From: an uncultured Verrucomicrobiae bacterium
GTDB lineage: Bacteria; Verrucomicrobiota; Verrucomicrobiia; Chthoniobacterales; JAFAMB01
Direction: 5' to 3'
DNA: 64,000 nt
Assembly: GCA_963837955.1 (NCBI GenBank)
Contig: CAWIPH010000002.1
Span: 2,496,001-2,560,000 of the forward strand
A model generated the notes under the pieces. It saw only the letters and a list, made by a program, of their open reading frames with translations. It did no database searches and had not been told where the DNA came from. This document shows positions 32,645 through 42,210 of this stretch, in pieces. The stretch's first letter is position 1. Each line of letters begins with the position of its first letter. A program made the translations under genes and the position numbers.

Positions 32645-33553
32645 TCACCGCCGAAGCAGCGCTTTAGGTACCTTGCACACCATCGTGTAAGCCGGGTCGA
32701 AAACGTTACCCAGGTCGTACTCGACGCATTGCCCCAGCAAAAGGCTCGCACTGATTACATCCAGCTCGTAATCCGCCTGGAGCCAGCGCAGCATCTCGGT
32801 CGTGGCGTGCTGCACCGCCTGGTCGAGCGGGCGGGCGTTGCCGACGGCAAAGATATATTCGGCGTTCTCTCCGCGCGGCCAGTGGATTCGCTTCCCTTTG
32901 ATCACTCGAACAGTGAACTGAACCTCCATCGAGATCTCGATCCCGGTCCCGACGATTTCACCGTCACCCTGGGTTGCATGACCATCGCCGACGTGGAGGA
33001 GCGCGCCTGTTACAAACACCGGAAAGTAGGCGGTCACACCAGCCACGAACCCGCGATAATCCATATTGCCACCGTGTTCAGCCGACGTCGCGGTCGAAAT
33101 CGCCTGACCGCGCGACGGTGCCACGCCGAAGCATCCAAGCATTGGGGCGAGCGGAATCGATAGATTGCCAAGCTTCGTCTTTGGCTTGATTAACGTCGCT
33201 GTGCCGAGCTCATTGTCGATTCGCCACTCGGCCAGCTCGCGCTCGGGCAACTCGTGCACGTACCCCGGCTCGACCACGTTCGCTGCCACAACTGAGCCAG
33301 TATAACCGATCGTCCGGCTGGGCGAGATTCGGTCAAGCTGTACGGCCAACGTATCACCCGGCTCCGCGTCCACTACGTAAAACGGACCGGTCTGGGGGTT
33401 TCCACCCGGCGTCACGCGGCTGTCGCTGGCGTCCTTGCCCATCGCATCGACAGTGGTGGTGATCACCGTGTCGCCGTGGCCGATTTGCAGGACTGGCTCA
33501 TGGGACCCAATCGCGATGTGGTAGTGGGTCGGCTGGAAATGGTGTGTTGCCAT
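32645..33553 (-). CDS. acetamidase/formamidase family protein
   Basis: NPQTGPFYV..AEPGD, HGGNMD, GDGHATQGDGE..GT.IE; start placed at ATG 33553. Confidence 0.93.
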   Translation of the reverse strand: MATHHFQPTHYHIAIGSHEPVLQIGHGDTVITTTVDAMGKDASDSRVTPGGNPQTGPFYVVDAEPGDTLAVQLDRISPSRTIGYTGSVVAANVVEPGYVHELPERELAEWRIDNELGTATLIKPKTKLGNLSIPLAPMLGCFGVAPSRGQAISTATSAEHGGNMDYRGFVAGVTAYFPVFVTGALLHVGDGHATQGDGEIVGTGIEISMEVQFTVRVIKGKRIHWPRGENAEYIFAVGNARPLDQAVQHATTEMLRWLQADYELDVISASLLLGQCVEYDLGNVFDPAYTMVCKVPKALLRR

Positions 33554-33825
33554 TGGCGCTTCTTTCGTGGGAAGACACGCCCATTGTAGCACTAACCAGA
33601 CCGGCGGCGAGCGGCCTGGAGGGTAACGAGCCGCGCGCAGTAAAAGAGGCCGAAAAACTGGCGAGCTTTCTTCCAACAAAGTCGCGATGTCTAAACGAAC
33701 CAAATGAGTTGCCTCCCGGAGAAAACTCTAGTAAACGCGCCACTTGGTGAACACCAATGCACTGAGGCCCACTTGTTCTTCGAGGAGCTGAGAGCTGCTG
33801 CGCTAATCTACGGTTTGGTCAGGCG

Positions 33826-35304
33826 CTAAGGAGATGACAAAAGCTGGACCTGGACCGGTTTCTCCGAGGCACCCCCATCGACCGGAACGATCGCAAGGTA
33901 TCTGCGATCATTCGGACCGGCTGACCCAGCCGAAAATTGCCGAAGTGGCCCCAGGGTGTTTACAATCGCGGCTCCGGCCGGATTAGTCTGAAACATGCTG
34001 AGAGGCTGAACTGGACCATATGGTTCTTCGTTCTTACTCAACAGAACCAGCCGATACTTGCTCTTTGGTTTCAAGCCCGTGACAGCGGCCTGCAGCAGAT
34101 CAATCAGGCCCTGGTTATTGAGCGTGACGGTCGTAGGCGCCTCTTTGGACGAAGCGCCTGGCGGTCCCAAAAGGAGATGCACAGCCAGACCAGAATCTGC
34201 CAGAGGTTGGAGATGGGCGAGCCCGTTTCCGCTTGGCACCGCATTTGGAACGTACACGAGTGCTTGAGACGACTGGCCCCCGGAAATCCTGGCAACGATT
34301 TTATTCGTCAGAGTGTCGATGACGTTCATCCCGGTTCCATTCTCCAAGGCAACGTAAATGTGAGTGCCATCACCTGAGGGCCAAATCCCGTGTGGTAGTT
34401 CGCCGGTGGCTATGCTCGTTACCAGTTTGGGATTGTCGCCGGTGGTGTAAACTTTCACGACATTCTCCCCTCCTACGGTGATATAAGCGAATTGGCCGTT
34501 CTTGTTGCGGACAATGTTCACGTGATTCGTGAGCGGACCGGTGTCGAGCGTCGCCACCACCTCAAAGGGCGGTTCAGCGCGAAAGACCTGAGTTTTGCCC
34601 ACGTCCTTTAGAGTAAACCAGACCTCCTTCCCGTCAGGAGTTGCGGCGATGTTCGGCGAAAAGGGTGATGCTTGAGGCACGGTCGCAACGATTTCGTGCG
34701 TCTTTACGTCAACGACCTTCGTCTCTGGAGTGAAGCTAGAGCAGACAAACCCATATTTGCCGTCGGGCCGGAAAATCGTCATTCCGGGCCCATTCCCGAC
34801 TTGGATACGCGCTTTTTCCTGATAGGTCGCACTGTCAATCACTGACACATAGTCTTCACCCCGAACCGTCACCCAGAGCTCGCTGCCGTCGGGAGTAAAA
34901 AAGGCCTCGTGAGGCGACCTACCCACATAAGTGACGTGCTTGATATCGTTAGTTGCCGTGTCGATGAAGGTCACCGAATTCGAACCTATCGATACGACCG
35001 CTAAGGTTTTGTGATCGAAGGAAAAGCCGAGACCGTGGACAAGTAACTGACCAACGTACAACGGACTTAAGTTCTGGGGCATCACGTCACCCAGCCGGAG
35101 TACCCCTAACAGTTGATTGCTGGAGGGATCGTAGATCGAGACAGTGTTTGAAGCTTGGTCACCTGTATAAACCCGATCATGCGAACTGATGGGGAGATCG
35201 GAACTGTCGGCGAGGTGGGGAGCTTGGCCGGCGATGCAGTCCGCCAGACTACTAGAAAGGCAAAATACGAGAGCCAATCCGGATAACTCTTTCATCGGGA
35301 ACAC
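33826..35304 (-). CDS. exported YVTN/YncE beta-propeller protein
   Basis: Repeats VGRSPHE, VGNGPG, TGELPHG; signal peptide. Confidence 0.88.
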   Translation of the reverse strand: MFPMKELSGLALVFCLSSSLADCIAGQAPHLADSSDLPISSHDRVYTGDQASNTVSIYDPSSNQLLGVLRLGDVMPQNLSPLYVGQLLVHGLGFSFDHKTLAVVSIGSNSVTFIDTATNDIKHVTYVGRSPHEAFFTPDGSELWVTVRGEDYVSVIDSATYQEKARIQVGNGPGMTIFRPDGKYGFVCSSFTPETKVVDVKTHEIVATVPQASPFSPNIAATPDGKEVWFTLKDVGKTQVFRAEPPFEVVATLDTGPLTNHVNIVRNKNGQFAYITVGGENVVKVYTTGDNPKLVTSIATGELPHGIWPSGDGTHIYVALENGTGMNVIDTLTNKIVARISGGQSSQALVYVPNAVPSGNGLAHLQPLADSGLAVHLLLGPPGASSKEAPTTVTLNNQGLIDLLQAAVTGLKPKSKYRLVLLSKNEEPYGPVQPLSMFQTNPAGAAIVNTLGPLRQFSAGSAGPNDRRYLAIVPVDGGASEKPVQVQLLSSP

Positions 35305-35660
35305 CAGTCCTTTCGTTTCTGATTAAGTAGAGAAGGGTTGTAATCCTTCAACGCCCCGTTCATTACATCGATCTCGGATTGCTGAGTCACCAGTATTTCC
35401 TGAGCCAACCGCCGGAGACGAGGATCAGTCCCAAATTGCAGTTCGACCTTTGCCATCTCGATCGCACCCTGATGATGGGGGATCATCATCCGCGCGAAAT
35501 CCGCGTCGGGTTTACCGATGAAAAACACGTCGTGCATAGCCGAATGCATCGTTGTCATGCTCTGGGCCAGGGCCACATCTACCGGCGAATCAGACTTCTC
35601 ACAGGAAGTCAACAGGATGCCTGCGAAGGAGAACGCGACGAAGTGTAGGCAGGAGCGCAT
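35292..35660 (-). CDS. DUF305 (CopM-like) lipoprotein
   Basis: LLTSC lipobox, D.DFA.MMIPHHQGAIEMA. Confidence 0.88.
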   Translation of the reverse strand: MRSCLHFVAFSFAGILLTSCEKSDSPVDVALAQSMTTMHSAMHDVFFIGKPDADFARMMIPHHQGAIEMAKVELQFGTDPRLRRLAQEILVTQQSEIDVMNGALKDYNPSLLNQKRKDWCSR

Positions 35661-35755
35661 ACTTCGGATTCTACCTTTTGGGATTGGATCCGCAATTGTT
35701 TCATGGACAGCGCGCCGGGCAGTTAACCCGGCGCGGGAGCCTACGCTCTTTTGAG

Positions 35756-35980
35756 TTACGAACCAAAATCTTGGTGGAACCCGGGGCTCCGCGGAGGCGT
35801 ATACCAACCGTTGCTCCAATCATCGTTCGGCTGAGCCTCACTCTGTTGAATCATATTCACATGCTGGCGCCCATTGGCCGAGTTCGCATGATGCGGCCAA
35901 AGAAAACCAAACAAACTGAACGCTAACAAAACGCTGGCAAACGACTGGTTCGGTTGCTTGATTAAGTTCGATAGTTTCAT
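35756..35980 (-). CDS. small exported hypothetical protein
   Basis: 74 aa, signal-like N-terminus, co-oriented with the DUF305 gene. Confidence 0.5.
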   Translation of the reverse strand: MKLSNLIKQPNQSFASVLLAFSLFGFLWPHHANSANGRQHVNMIQQSEAQPNDDWSNGWYTPPRSPGFHQDFGS

Positions 35981-36154
35981 TTCTATTCTACCCTCTTTCT
36001 GATCCGAGGGTAGGCCTCGCCAACTGCGCGGTACAATCGTTTGTGATGATCCTATATCACGTATCCTGATATCTCGATAGACACTATTTGGTTCACGGGT
36101 GAGGCGGCAGTTCTATTCGGAACCCCTGCCTAATCCATCAAAGTCTACTGCGGT

Positions 36155-36652
36155 TCACGCCTTAATCGGTATCCAAACCTCGATATCACCCGTTCCGGTC
36201 CGCGGGTTGAAATCCTCGCCGTAACGCTCCAGGAAGGCCGGCGCGTTAGCGACTTCATACCCCGACTCCGGGAGCCACTGTTGCCCTATGGTGTAAAACG
36301 TGTTCCAGAGCCGCGACACATGTTCACGGTGAGGAAAGACCACGTATTTGTGCCCCGGAATTCTCACCTGGCTCAATTCGGTGGGAAGACCGGAAAAATC
36401 GGATACTTCGACCCCTGCTAGATAAGATTCACAGTCGAGATTTCCCCCTCCTTTAAACAAGCACACGCCATACGCAACGCGGCCCAGCTGGCCGGGGAGG
36501 TTGCCGATGTAAGGTGCGAAGCGCTGCCATAGTCCAGGTATGGTTCCGGGGTCGCCGGTGAGGCGCTCGCGCAGTCCGGCGATAAGCTGCGGTTTGCCGT
36601 CTTCAAAGCGCGGCGCTTCCAGTGTAGTAACGAGATTCTGATCTATTTGCAT
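36155..36652 (-). CDS. GyrI-like small-molecule-binding protein
   Basis: IPGLWQRF, YLAGVEV, WLPESGY, FLERY, IEVWIPI. Confidence 0.9.
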   Translation of the reverse strand: MQIDQNLVTTLEAPRFEDGKPQLIAGLRERLTGDPGTIPGLWQRFAPYIGNLPGQLGRVAYGVCLFKGGGNLDCESYLAGVEVSDFSGLPTELSQVRIPGHKYVVFPHREHVSRLWNTFYTIGQQWLPESGYEVANAPAFLERYGEDFNPRTGTGDIEVWIPIKA

Positions 36653-36710
36653 ACTGGTAGATTCCCTTTCGTTTTGAGGTTGATGATCCCTTCTTTTGAC
36701 TCAATCATGC

Positions 36711-36737
36711 GACGAACGAGATGCCATATTCAGGACA
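36711..36737 (-). promoter_or_regulatory. ECF42-type promoter motif
   Basis: TGTCC-TGAATATGG-CATCTCGTTCGTC on the minus strand, upstream of the GyrI-like gene. Confidence 0.65.
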
Positions 36738-36752
36738 CTCTTTTTGGGAATA

Positions 36753-37004
36753 AAGTCGGACCTGTCCGACGACGCGTCCGACGAAGCCTCCGCCGACGTT
36801 CGAACCATGACTAACGGTCGGCGAAGTCGGAAGCCCCTCTCAACCTTCAATAGCTATGACAGATGGTTGGCGAAGTCGGACCTGTCCGACGACGTGTCCG
36901 ACGAAGCCCTCCGCCGACGTTCGAACCATGACTAACGGTCGGCGAAGTCGGAAGCCCTCTCCACCTTCAATAACTATGACAGATGGTCTCGCGAAGTCGG
37001 AAGC
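36753..37004. repeat. tandem direct repeat, 2 units of 120-121 bp plus the start of a third
   Basis: AAGTCGGA at 36753, 36873 and 36994; near-identical units. Confidence 0.9.
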
Positions 37005-37123
37005 TTGCGAAGTTTCGAACTACGGAGCGAAGGCGGAGAACACCGTCGTCGAGAATGCCGGTGACGAATGACTGACCCGGGTACTGACGAGTTTTGAGCG
37101 CGGGAAACGCCTCTACCCATTCC

Positions 37124-37357
37124 TCATTGCTCGAGCGCTGCCCTCCGTAATCCGCTGGTCTTTTTGTCCTCGATTGTTGCCACGACCTTTGCAGTGTTTC
37201 AATCTTTGCTGCTATCGCTGCCAATTTTTCATTTCTCTGCTTTCAGCTTTGCAATCTCTGCTCGCGCGCTAGCATCCTCAGCTGCAAGTTCCTTTTTCTC
37301 CTGTTTCACTGCGTCGAGCTGGTTGGCCAATTCCTGCGTGGCACTGACGTCCAGCAT
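37124..37357 (-). pseudogene. frameshifted remnant of a paralogous C-terminus of the S74-domain gene
   Basis: MLDVSATQELANQLDAVKQE... vs MLNVSATQVLAKQVESLKEE in the intact gene; begins 3 bp after its stop. Confidence 0.75.
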
Positions 37358-37360
37358 GCC

Positions 37361-38545
37361 TCATTCCCCAAGCGCCACCGTCTGCTCCTCCCGGCGGCTC
37401 TCCTTCTCCTGGATAATTGTCACCGCTTTTTGCAGAGCTTCCACCTCGGTGGTCATCGCGGACAATCTTGCATTCGCGGTTTTTAGAGCGGCGATTTCAG
37501 AGGCTTGGTCCGCTATTTCAGCGGCTTGCTGTGAGATCCGTTGTTCTTGCTTTTCTTCGGCAGCCGTTAACCGCTTAGCTTGGTCCTGGAGATCAGAATT
37601 TTCTTCCTTGAGGCTCTCGACTTGCTTTGCCAATACCTGAGTGGCGCTAACGTTCAGCATACTGATAGCTTCGTAATCAACCGCCTTCAGGTCCGTGCAC
37701 TCTTTACCATAAACGAAAATTTTGTCTCCCAGCGCTTCGTTCGTTTCGACGGTAAATGTTCTTTCATTTACGACATGGGCTACGGCATTCAGTTCTTGGT
37801 TCTTGGGCGTAATTAAACGAAGCGTATCGCCGTCCTTTAAGCCGTGTGCTTTGGCCAGGCTGATGGTATACACACCCGGTTTTTCGATGTTGACCGACTC
37901 CGAGACCGCGTAGATATCAGGCGTAAAAGTGAACCCTTTTATACCGGTTGAAGTGACCGCGATTGGGTAGACCTTTTCCACTTGTTGGGCGATGACCTTT
38001 TTGAACGGTCTATTTCCGAATTTCACCGTATCCTTCATGGTGTAATCCGTGACTTCAATCTTTCGGAGTGTCTCCAAGTCTTTCGCACTGTCGGACCGTC
38101 CGATGATGTTCTTCAGACGCGCATCGCTGGCCGTAAAGTTCCCGTTGGTAGAAACAAAGGAGCTACCCGAAAAGATATTAGAGGAAAAAATCGCAGATGC
38201 GGCTTGGGTTCCGGATAAGGTAGTAACCGTAAAACCAGTAGTATTATTATTATTGAAATTGAAATAGGTTACGCCAGAACTGTTTTGAAAATTGAAAGTG
38301 CTTGCTGTTCCGACATGCAGAGGCGCCAGAGGAGTTTTAGTGCCGATCCCTACATTGCCCTCGACGAGGGCACCATTGGCTGGCGCAGCGGTGTTGTAGT
38401 CGGCGCCCACAGCCAAGTTCCCATTAACGGTCAATTTCGACTGCGGGTTTGATGTGCCGATACCAACATTTTGGGCGAGCACATTCGCAGCCCCCAGGGT
38501 TAAGGTCAGGCAACAAGCTCCGACGACGGAATGAATGATTTTCAT
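37361..38545 (-). CDS. exported tail-fibre-like protein with peptidase S74 intramolecular chaperone domain and coiled coil
   Basis: Signal peptide, NVGIGT repeats, SDARLK motif, IAQQVEKVYP, VDYEAISML, C-terminal heptads. Confidence 0.85.
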   Translation of the reverse strand: MKIIHSVVGACCLTLTLGAANVLAQNVGIGTSNPQSKLTVNGNLAVGADYNTAAPANGALVEGNVGIGTKTPLAPLHVGTASTFNFQNSSGVTYFNFNNNNTTGFTVTTLSGTQAASAIFSSNIFSGSSFVSTNGNFTASDARLKNIIGRSDSAKDLETLRKIEVTDYTMKDTVKFGNRPFKKVIAQQVEKVYPIAVTSTGIKGFTFTPDIYAVSESVNIEKPGVYTISLAKAHGLKDGDTLRLITPKNQELNAVAHVVNERTFTVETNEALGDKIFVYGKECTDLKAVDYEAISMLNVSATQVLAKQVESLKEENSDLQDQAKRLTAAEEKQEQRISQQAAEIADQASEIAALKTANARLSAMTTEVEALQKAVTIIQEKESRREEQTVALGE

Positions 38546-38835
38546 AATAATAGAGGAGTTCAAGAGCTCAAGGAGCTGCTCAAGGCACCGACGCGGAAAA
38601 TAGAAACGCCAGCAACAAGTTTGACCTCATGCCATCGCCAATCCGGAAACCGTCCGTGTGCTATGCAACCCATCGGCCGTTTGAGCATTCCGGAGGCCGA
38701 GATTAGTAGATCGCGCTCGGTTTGGAAATAGTACTTTGGTGCTATGTTACCAATCACTCCCATTTTGCGGAAGAACGCGAACGATGCAACGAATTCGAAA
38801 GGCCAACGCGGCGTTACGAGTGCAGAGGGTGAATC

Positions 38836-38920
38836 GATCGTCCCTATCGGGACGGAGGCGTCTTAATGCTATTCCCAGCACTTCGTGCTGGGCTACTTTC
38901 GCAGTGTGCCTCCGGGACGA
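38836..38920. repeat. REP-like composite of short hairpins
   Basis: CGTCCC-TATC-GGGACG, CCCAGCAC-TTC-GTGCTGGG, then CCTCCGGGACG. Confidence 0.55.
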
Positions 38921-39205
38921 CTCCTCTCGGCGCATTGTCCTTCCTCTTGTGTCGGCGCCTGCGCCGCCGCGGACTGGGCTGCTATCGCGGTTCCCTGTCG
39001 GGGACGGGGACCATCGTCGCCATCACCGACCGCGCCTCACGCTGATGTGCGGTTCCTTTAGATAAATGGGCTCGCCTAGCGGGGAATAGCAACTTTCCCT
39101 ACCTAAAAGAAATCGGGTTGCTTTCGACTCATCAAGGCAGGAGCTGTGTCTCTTGCGGCCGAACGAGATTTCAACCGACGGAGGACTATCGGGTTCGGAC
39201 ATCAG

Positions 39206-40078
39206 TCACATTGGGGGCGCTGGCCGGGAAACAACCCCGTTCCGGTAGGTAACCTGATGGTAATTGCCGTCGTCGGTTCGGTAAGTGTAGAGCTCGTAAG
39301 GAACATAATATTCGACGAACTCCTGCGTATCGACCGGTTGACCCCAATAACTGTCAACCAGGTCCACGGGCATCCCGTCGTCAACTCGATCATCCAAGAG
39401 ATCATCGCACCAACTATCAACTGTGAGAGGCGCGTATCCGAGGCCGAGTAGGTTGAACAAGAAAGCTCGGGTCCGATCGAGCCTCTCTCTCCGGTGGTCG
39501 AACACCTGCGGGGAAGAGGCGAACTTATTCTCATACCGCTGGAATTTTTCGTTGATCCTGGCGTCGTCTCCAGATGCCGCGGAATTGGGAGAGAGATGTT
39601 GTACCCCAACTTCGCCACTGCGAGCATTGATTTCCGCCGAGTCGCGTTGCTGTCCTTGACCATGCACTCCGAAGGGTCGGGCCGACTCGGACCGGTTGAG
39701 ATCTCGCGTCGGCGGTACCGCTTCTTGTCGTTTGATCGTGCTGACCTGGTTCGACGGATCCGCACCATTCCGGCTTCTTACCGTCTCAAGATTCGGGACG
39801 ACCATTGGACCGCGGTGCTCAGGTTGTACCATCGTTTGACCGCGATCGCCGTTGAGGCGCGGGTTGTGAGCAGCGACGCTCCCGTGAGGCTCATTAAGTC
39901 CAACGCGCGGAACTGATCCTCTGAAGCTACCTCGAGATGCGTGTACATCGCCGTTCTGGAACCCTGCAAGAGAAAGGGAAGCGGTAGAGCTAAAGGCAAC
40001 CGCAATGCAGACAAACCTACCCAAAAAGTTCCACCGTAGAGCTGGGAAACCCGTCACGGTAGAGAAGCAAATTTTCAT
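39206..40078 (-). CDS. hypothetical exported protein with low-complexity N-half
   Basis: Signal-like segment, disordered region, C-terminal GMP.DLV.SYWGQP domain. Confidence 0.6.
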   Translation of the reverse strand: MKICFSTVTGFPALRWNFLGRFVCIAVAFSSTASLSLAGFQNGDVHASRGSFRGSVPRVGLNEPHGSVAAHNPRLNGDRGQTMVQPEHRGPMVVPNLETVRSRNGADPSNQVSTIKRQEAVPPTRDLNRSESARPFGVHGQGQQRDSAEINARSGEVGVQHLSPNSAASGDDARINEKFQRYENKFASSPQVFDHRRERLDRTRAFLFNLLGLGYAPLTVDSWCDDLLDDRVDDGMPVDLVDSYWGQPVDTQEFVEYYVPYELYTYRTDDGNYHQVTYRNGVVSRPAPPM

Positions 40079-40313
40079 GAAATTGAGCAATTCCTTTGCT
40101 GAATTGGACCACTGTACTGACCGATCGGTTCAATTCTTCCGCTTTGCGATCTCACTTTGCCCGCTTGTTTAGCTTCGGAGTTGGGGTTGCACTCCGGAAA
40201 ATGTTTTATCCACTGCATACGTGAAAAGTCGCATAACAGCCTTTAACAGAACAGAGTACGTACGCACTTATCGGAAGACTGAACTGGTCCTGAGCCGCGC
40301 CTATTCCGTAGCG

Positions 40314-40889
40314 CTATTTTACCTGATCGACGATTCCGTACTCCCTGGCTTCATCAGCCGACATCCAATATTCGCGATCGAAGGCGATCAATATTTCCGT
40401 TTTCGGCCGGGAAGTGATTCCTGCGAGGATCTCAGCTGTGCGATCACGAGCAAGCTCGAGACGCCGTTTCATTCGGTCCACATTGTCGGCGGAGCCGTTT
40501 ACCTTAATCGATGGTTGGCAAAGACAAACACTGGAGCTTCTGTTCGCGGTCCGCTTTCCCTTTGTACCGGAAGCCAGGAGGACGGCACTGACCCCGATCG
40601 CCTTCCCAACACAATAGGTCCGAACATCGCAAGGTAAGGATCCGATCACATCGCAAATCGCTAACGCGCTGATTTCCGAAGGATGATCGGAATTTATCCA
40701 GAGCGAGATCTCCTGACTTGGATCTTGCTGTTGAAGAAAAATTAACTGTGCGATGACCAGATTGTAGTTCTTCTCATCCAGGGTTGGACCAACGATCAGG
40801 GTCCGCGACTGCAGCAATCCCGAATTTAAATCTGCTCGGAACCGATCAAACGTGTCCGAATTCTCTGCGCTCAGAGTGTCCTTAGTCAT
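40314..40889 (-). CDS. ClpP-family protein lacking the catalytic triad (ClpR-like)
   Basis: IAQLIFL, WINS, LLASGTKGKR, YWMSADEAREYGIVD align to ClpP; Ser/His/Asp positions are G/C/E. Confidence 0.85.
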   Translation of the reverse strand: MTKDTLSAENSDTFDRFRADLNSGLLQSRTLIVGPTLDEKNYNLVIAQLIFLQQQDPSQEISLWINSDHPSEISALAICDVIGSLPCDVRTYCVGKAIGVSAVLLASGTKGKRTANRSSSVCLCQPSIKVNGSADNVDRMKRRLELARDRTAEILAGITSRPKTEILIAFDREYWMSADEAREYGIVDQVK

Positions 40890-41240
40890 AAAGAATGAGT
40901 TCCGAGAGAAATTAATATCTCCTTCAGGCGCCGTCTAATTCGAAACTGGGTGGGTACACTTGGACTTTACCACCACCCCGAAACTGTTGATTCACCTAGT
41001 CAAGGCGCCAACTGATCCGGCATGCGCGCCGTGCTGTCGCCTCTGACGGCGACCGGCCTCTTTGAAGTCGAAGGCTTTGAGGACCTGCGCGTACGGCTGA
41101 CGGGCAAGAGCTTAGAACTCCTCTGGGCGGACGACTCCACCCCGCGGGTCTTTAGGCGTGAATGACCCCTAGCTCTGACCTCTCACGGACATTGCGGCGC
41201 TGACCGCGTTTTACGACACGGACATGGGCGTGCATGAAAG

Positions 41241-41267
41241 TGTCGTTTCTGCGCCGGCTCGTTCGTC
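41241..41267 (+). promoter_or_regulatory. ECF42-type promoter motif
   Basis: TGTCG-TTTCTGCGC-CGGCTCGTTCGTC. Confidence 0.7.
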
Positions 41268-41287
41268 GGAAGAGAAAGGAGACTCCC

Positions 41288-41629
41288 ATGATCAGTAATC
41301 TCTCAGATCTCATTCGTAAGTATTATTCTGCTTATCAATCAAACGATAGGAAGTCGTTGGAGGATTTGCTGAGTGATGACTTCACTTTTAGTAGTCCACT
41401 GGATAATCACATCAATAGAACGACCTACTTTCAGAGATGTTGGCCGAATAGCGAGACGATCAGCGTTTTTCACATTGAGAAACTCTTTGAAAAAGGTAAC
41501 GAAGCCTTTGTTCGTTATGAATGTGAGCGAGTAACTGGCACTAGATTCCGGAACACGGAATACTTCAGAATCAAGGAGAACAAGATCAAGGAAGTTGAGG
41601 TCTACTTTGGGTCTCTTCCTGAAACGTGA
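41288..41629 (+). CDS. NTF2/SnoaL-like domain protein
   Basis: LLSDDFTFSSPLD, CWPNS, FRNTE, EVEVYFG; AAGGAG SD. Confidence 0.88.
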   Translation: MISNLSDLIRKYYSAYQSNDRKSLEDLLSDDFTFSSPLDNHINRTTYFQRCWPNSETISVFHIEKLFEKGNEAFVRYECERVTGTRFRNTEYFRIKENKIKEVEVYFGSLPET

Positions 41630-41706
41630 TACAAAGTGCCCTGATCACGCGGTTTCGTTTGTCGAAAATTTTGAAAAAAGAAACCCGCCAAGCATGTGAG
41701 ACGCCT

Positions 41707-42099
41707 ATGAGCACACAAATGACAACATCACAATATCTGGTGCTCTGCCGCAGCACCAGTTGGCATAAAGATCTCTCTTCGGAAGAGCTCCAGAAAGTGT
41801 TGACTCAATTCACTGCCTGGTTCGAGCGCCTAACCAATGAGGGAAAGATCAAGAAAGGGCATCCGATCGCGCCGGAGGGCAAATCCATTGTTGGGAGAAA
41901 AGCGATAAGCGACGGCCCGTTTGCGGAATCCAAGGAAGCGATCGCGGGTTATTGGTTCATTCAAGCAAACAGTCTAGAAGAAGCAGTAAAGATCGCCCAA
42001 AGCGACCCTTGTCTGGACTACGGTGTAACTGTCGAAGTAAGGCCCGTCATCCAGGAGCCCGATTGGTTTGCTCGAGCGAGACAAAATCAACAGCTGTAA
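41707..42099 (+). CDS. YciI/DGPF family protein
   Basis: DGPFAESKEAIAGY, VEVRP. Confidence 0.92.
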   Translation: MSTQMTTSQYLVLCRSTSWHKDLSSEELQKVLTQFTAWFERLTNEGKIKKGHPIAPEGKSIVGRKAISDGPFAESKEAIAGYWFIQANSLEEAVKIAQSDPCLDYGVTVEVRPVIQEPDWFARARQNQQL

Positions 42100-42159
42100 T
42101 CCTCGAATCAAACCATGACCAAAGGCAACTATGCGGACGCAGTCAAAGAAAGTCGCCGT

Positions 42160-42186
42160 TGTCGATTTCATGGCGGCTCGTTCGAC
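42160..42186 (+). promoter_or_regulatory. ECF42-type promoter motif (likely autoregulatory)
   Basis: TGTCG-ATTTCATGG-CGGCTCGTTCGAC upstream of the YciI-sigma pair. Confidence 0.75.
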
Positions 42187-42210
42187 TTATCGCCGAACGA
42201 GAAAATTAAT

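Noticed and set aside
36753..37004. CRISPR array
   Set aside because: The would-be spacers are themselves duplicated, so it is a plain tandem repeat.
37361..38545. Prophage
   Set aside because: The S74 protein has a signal peptide and no other phage genes are nearby.
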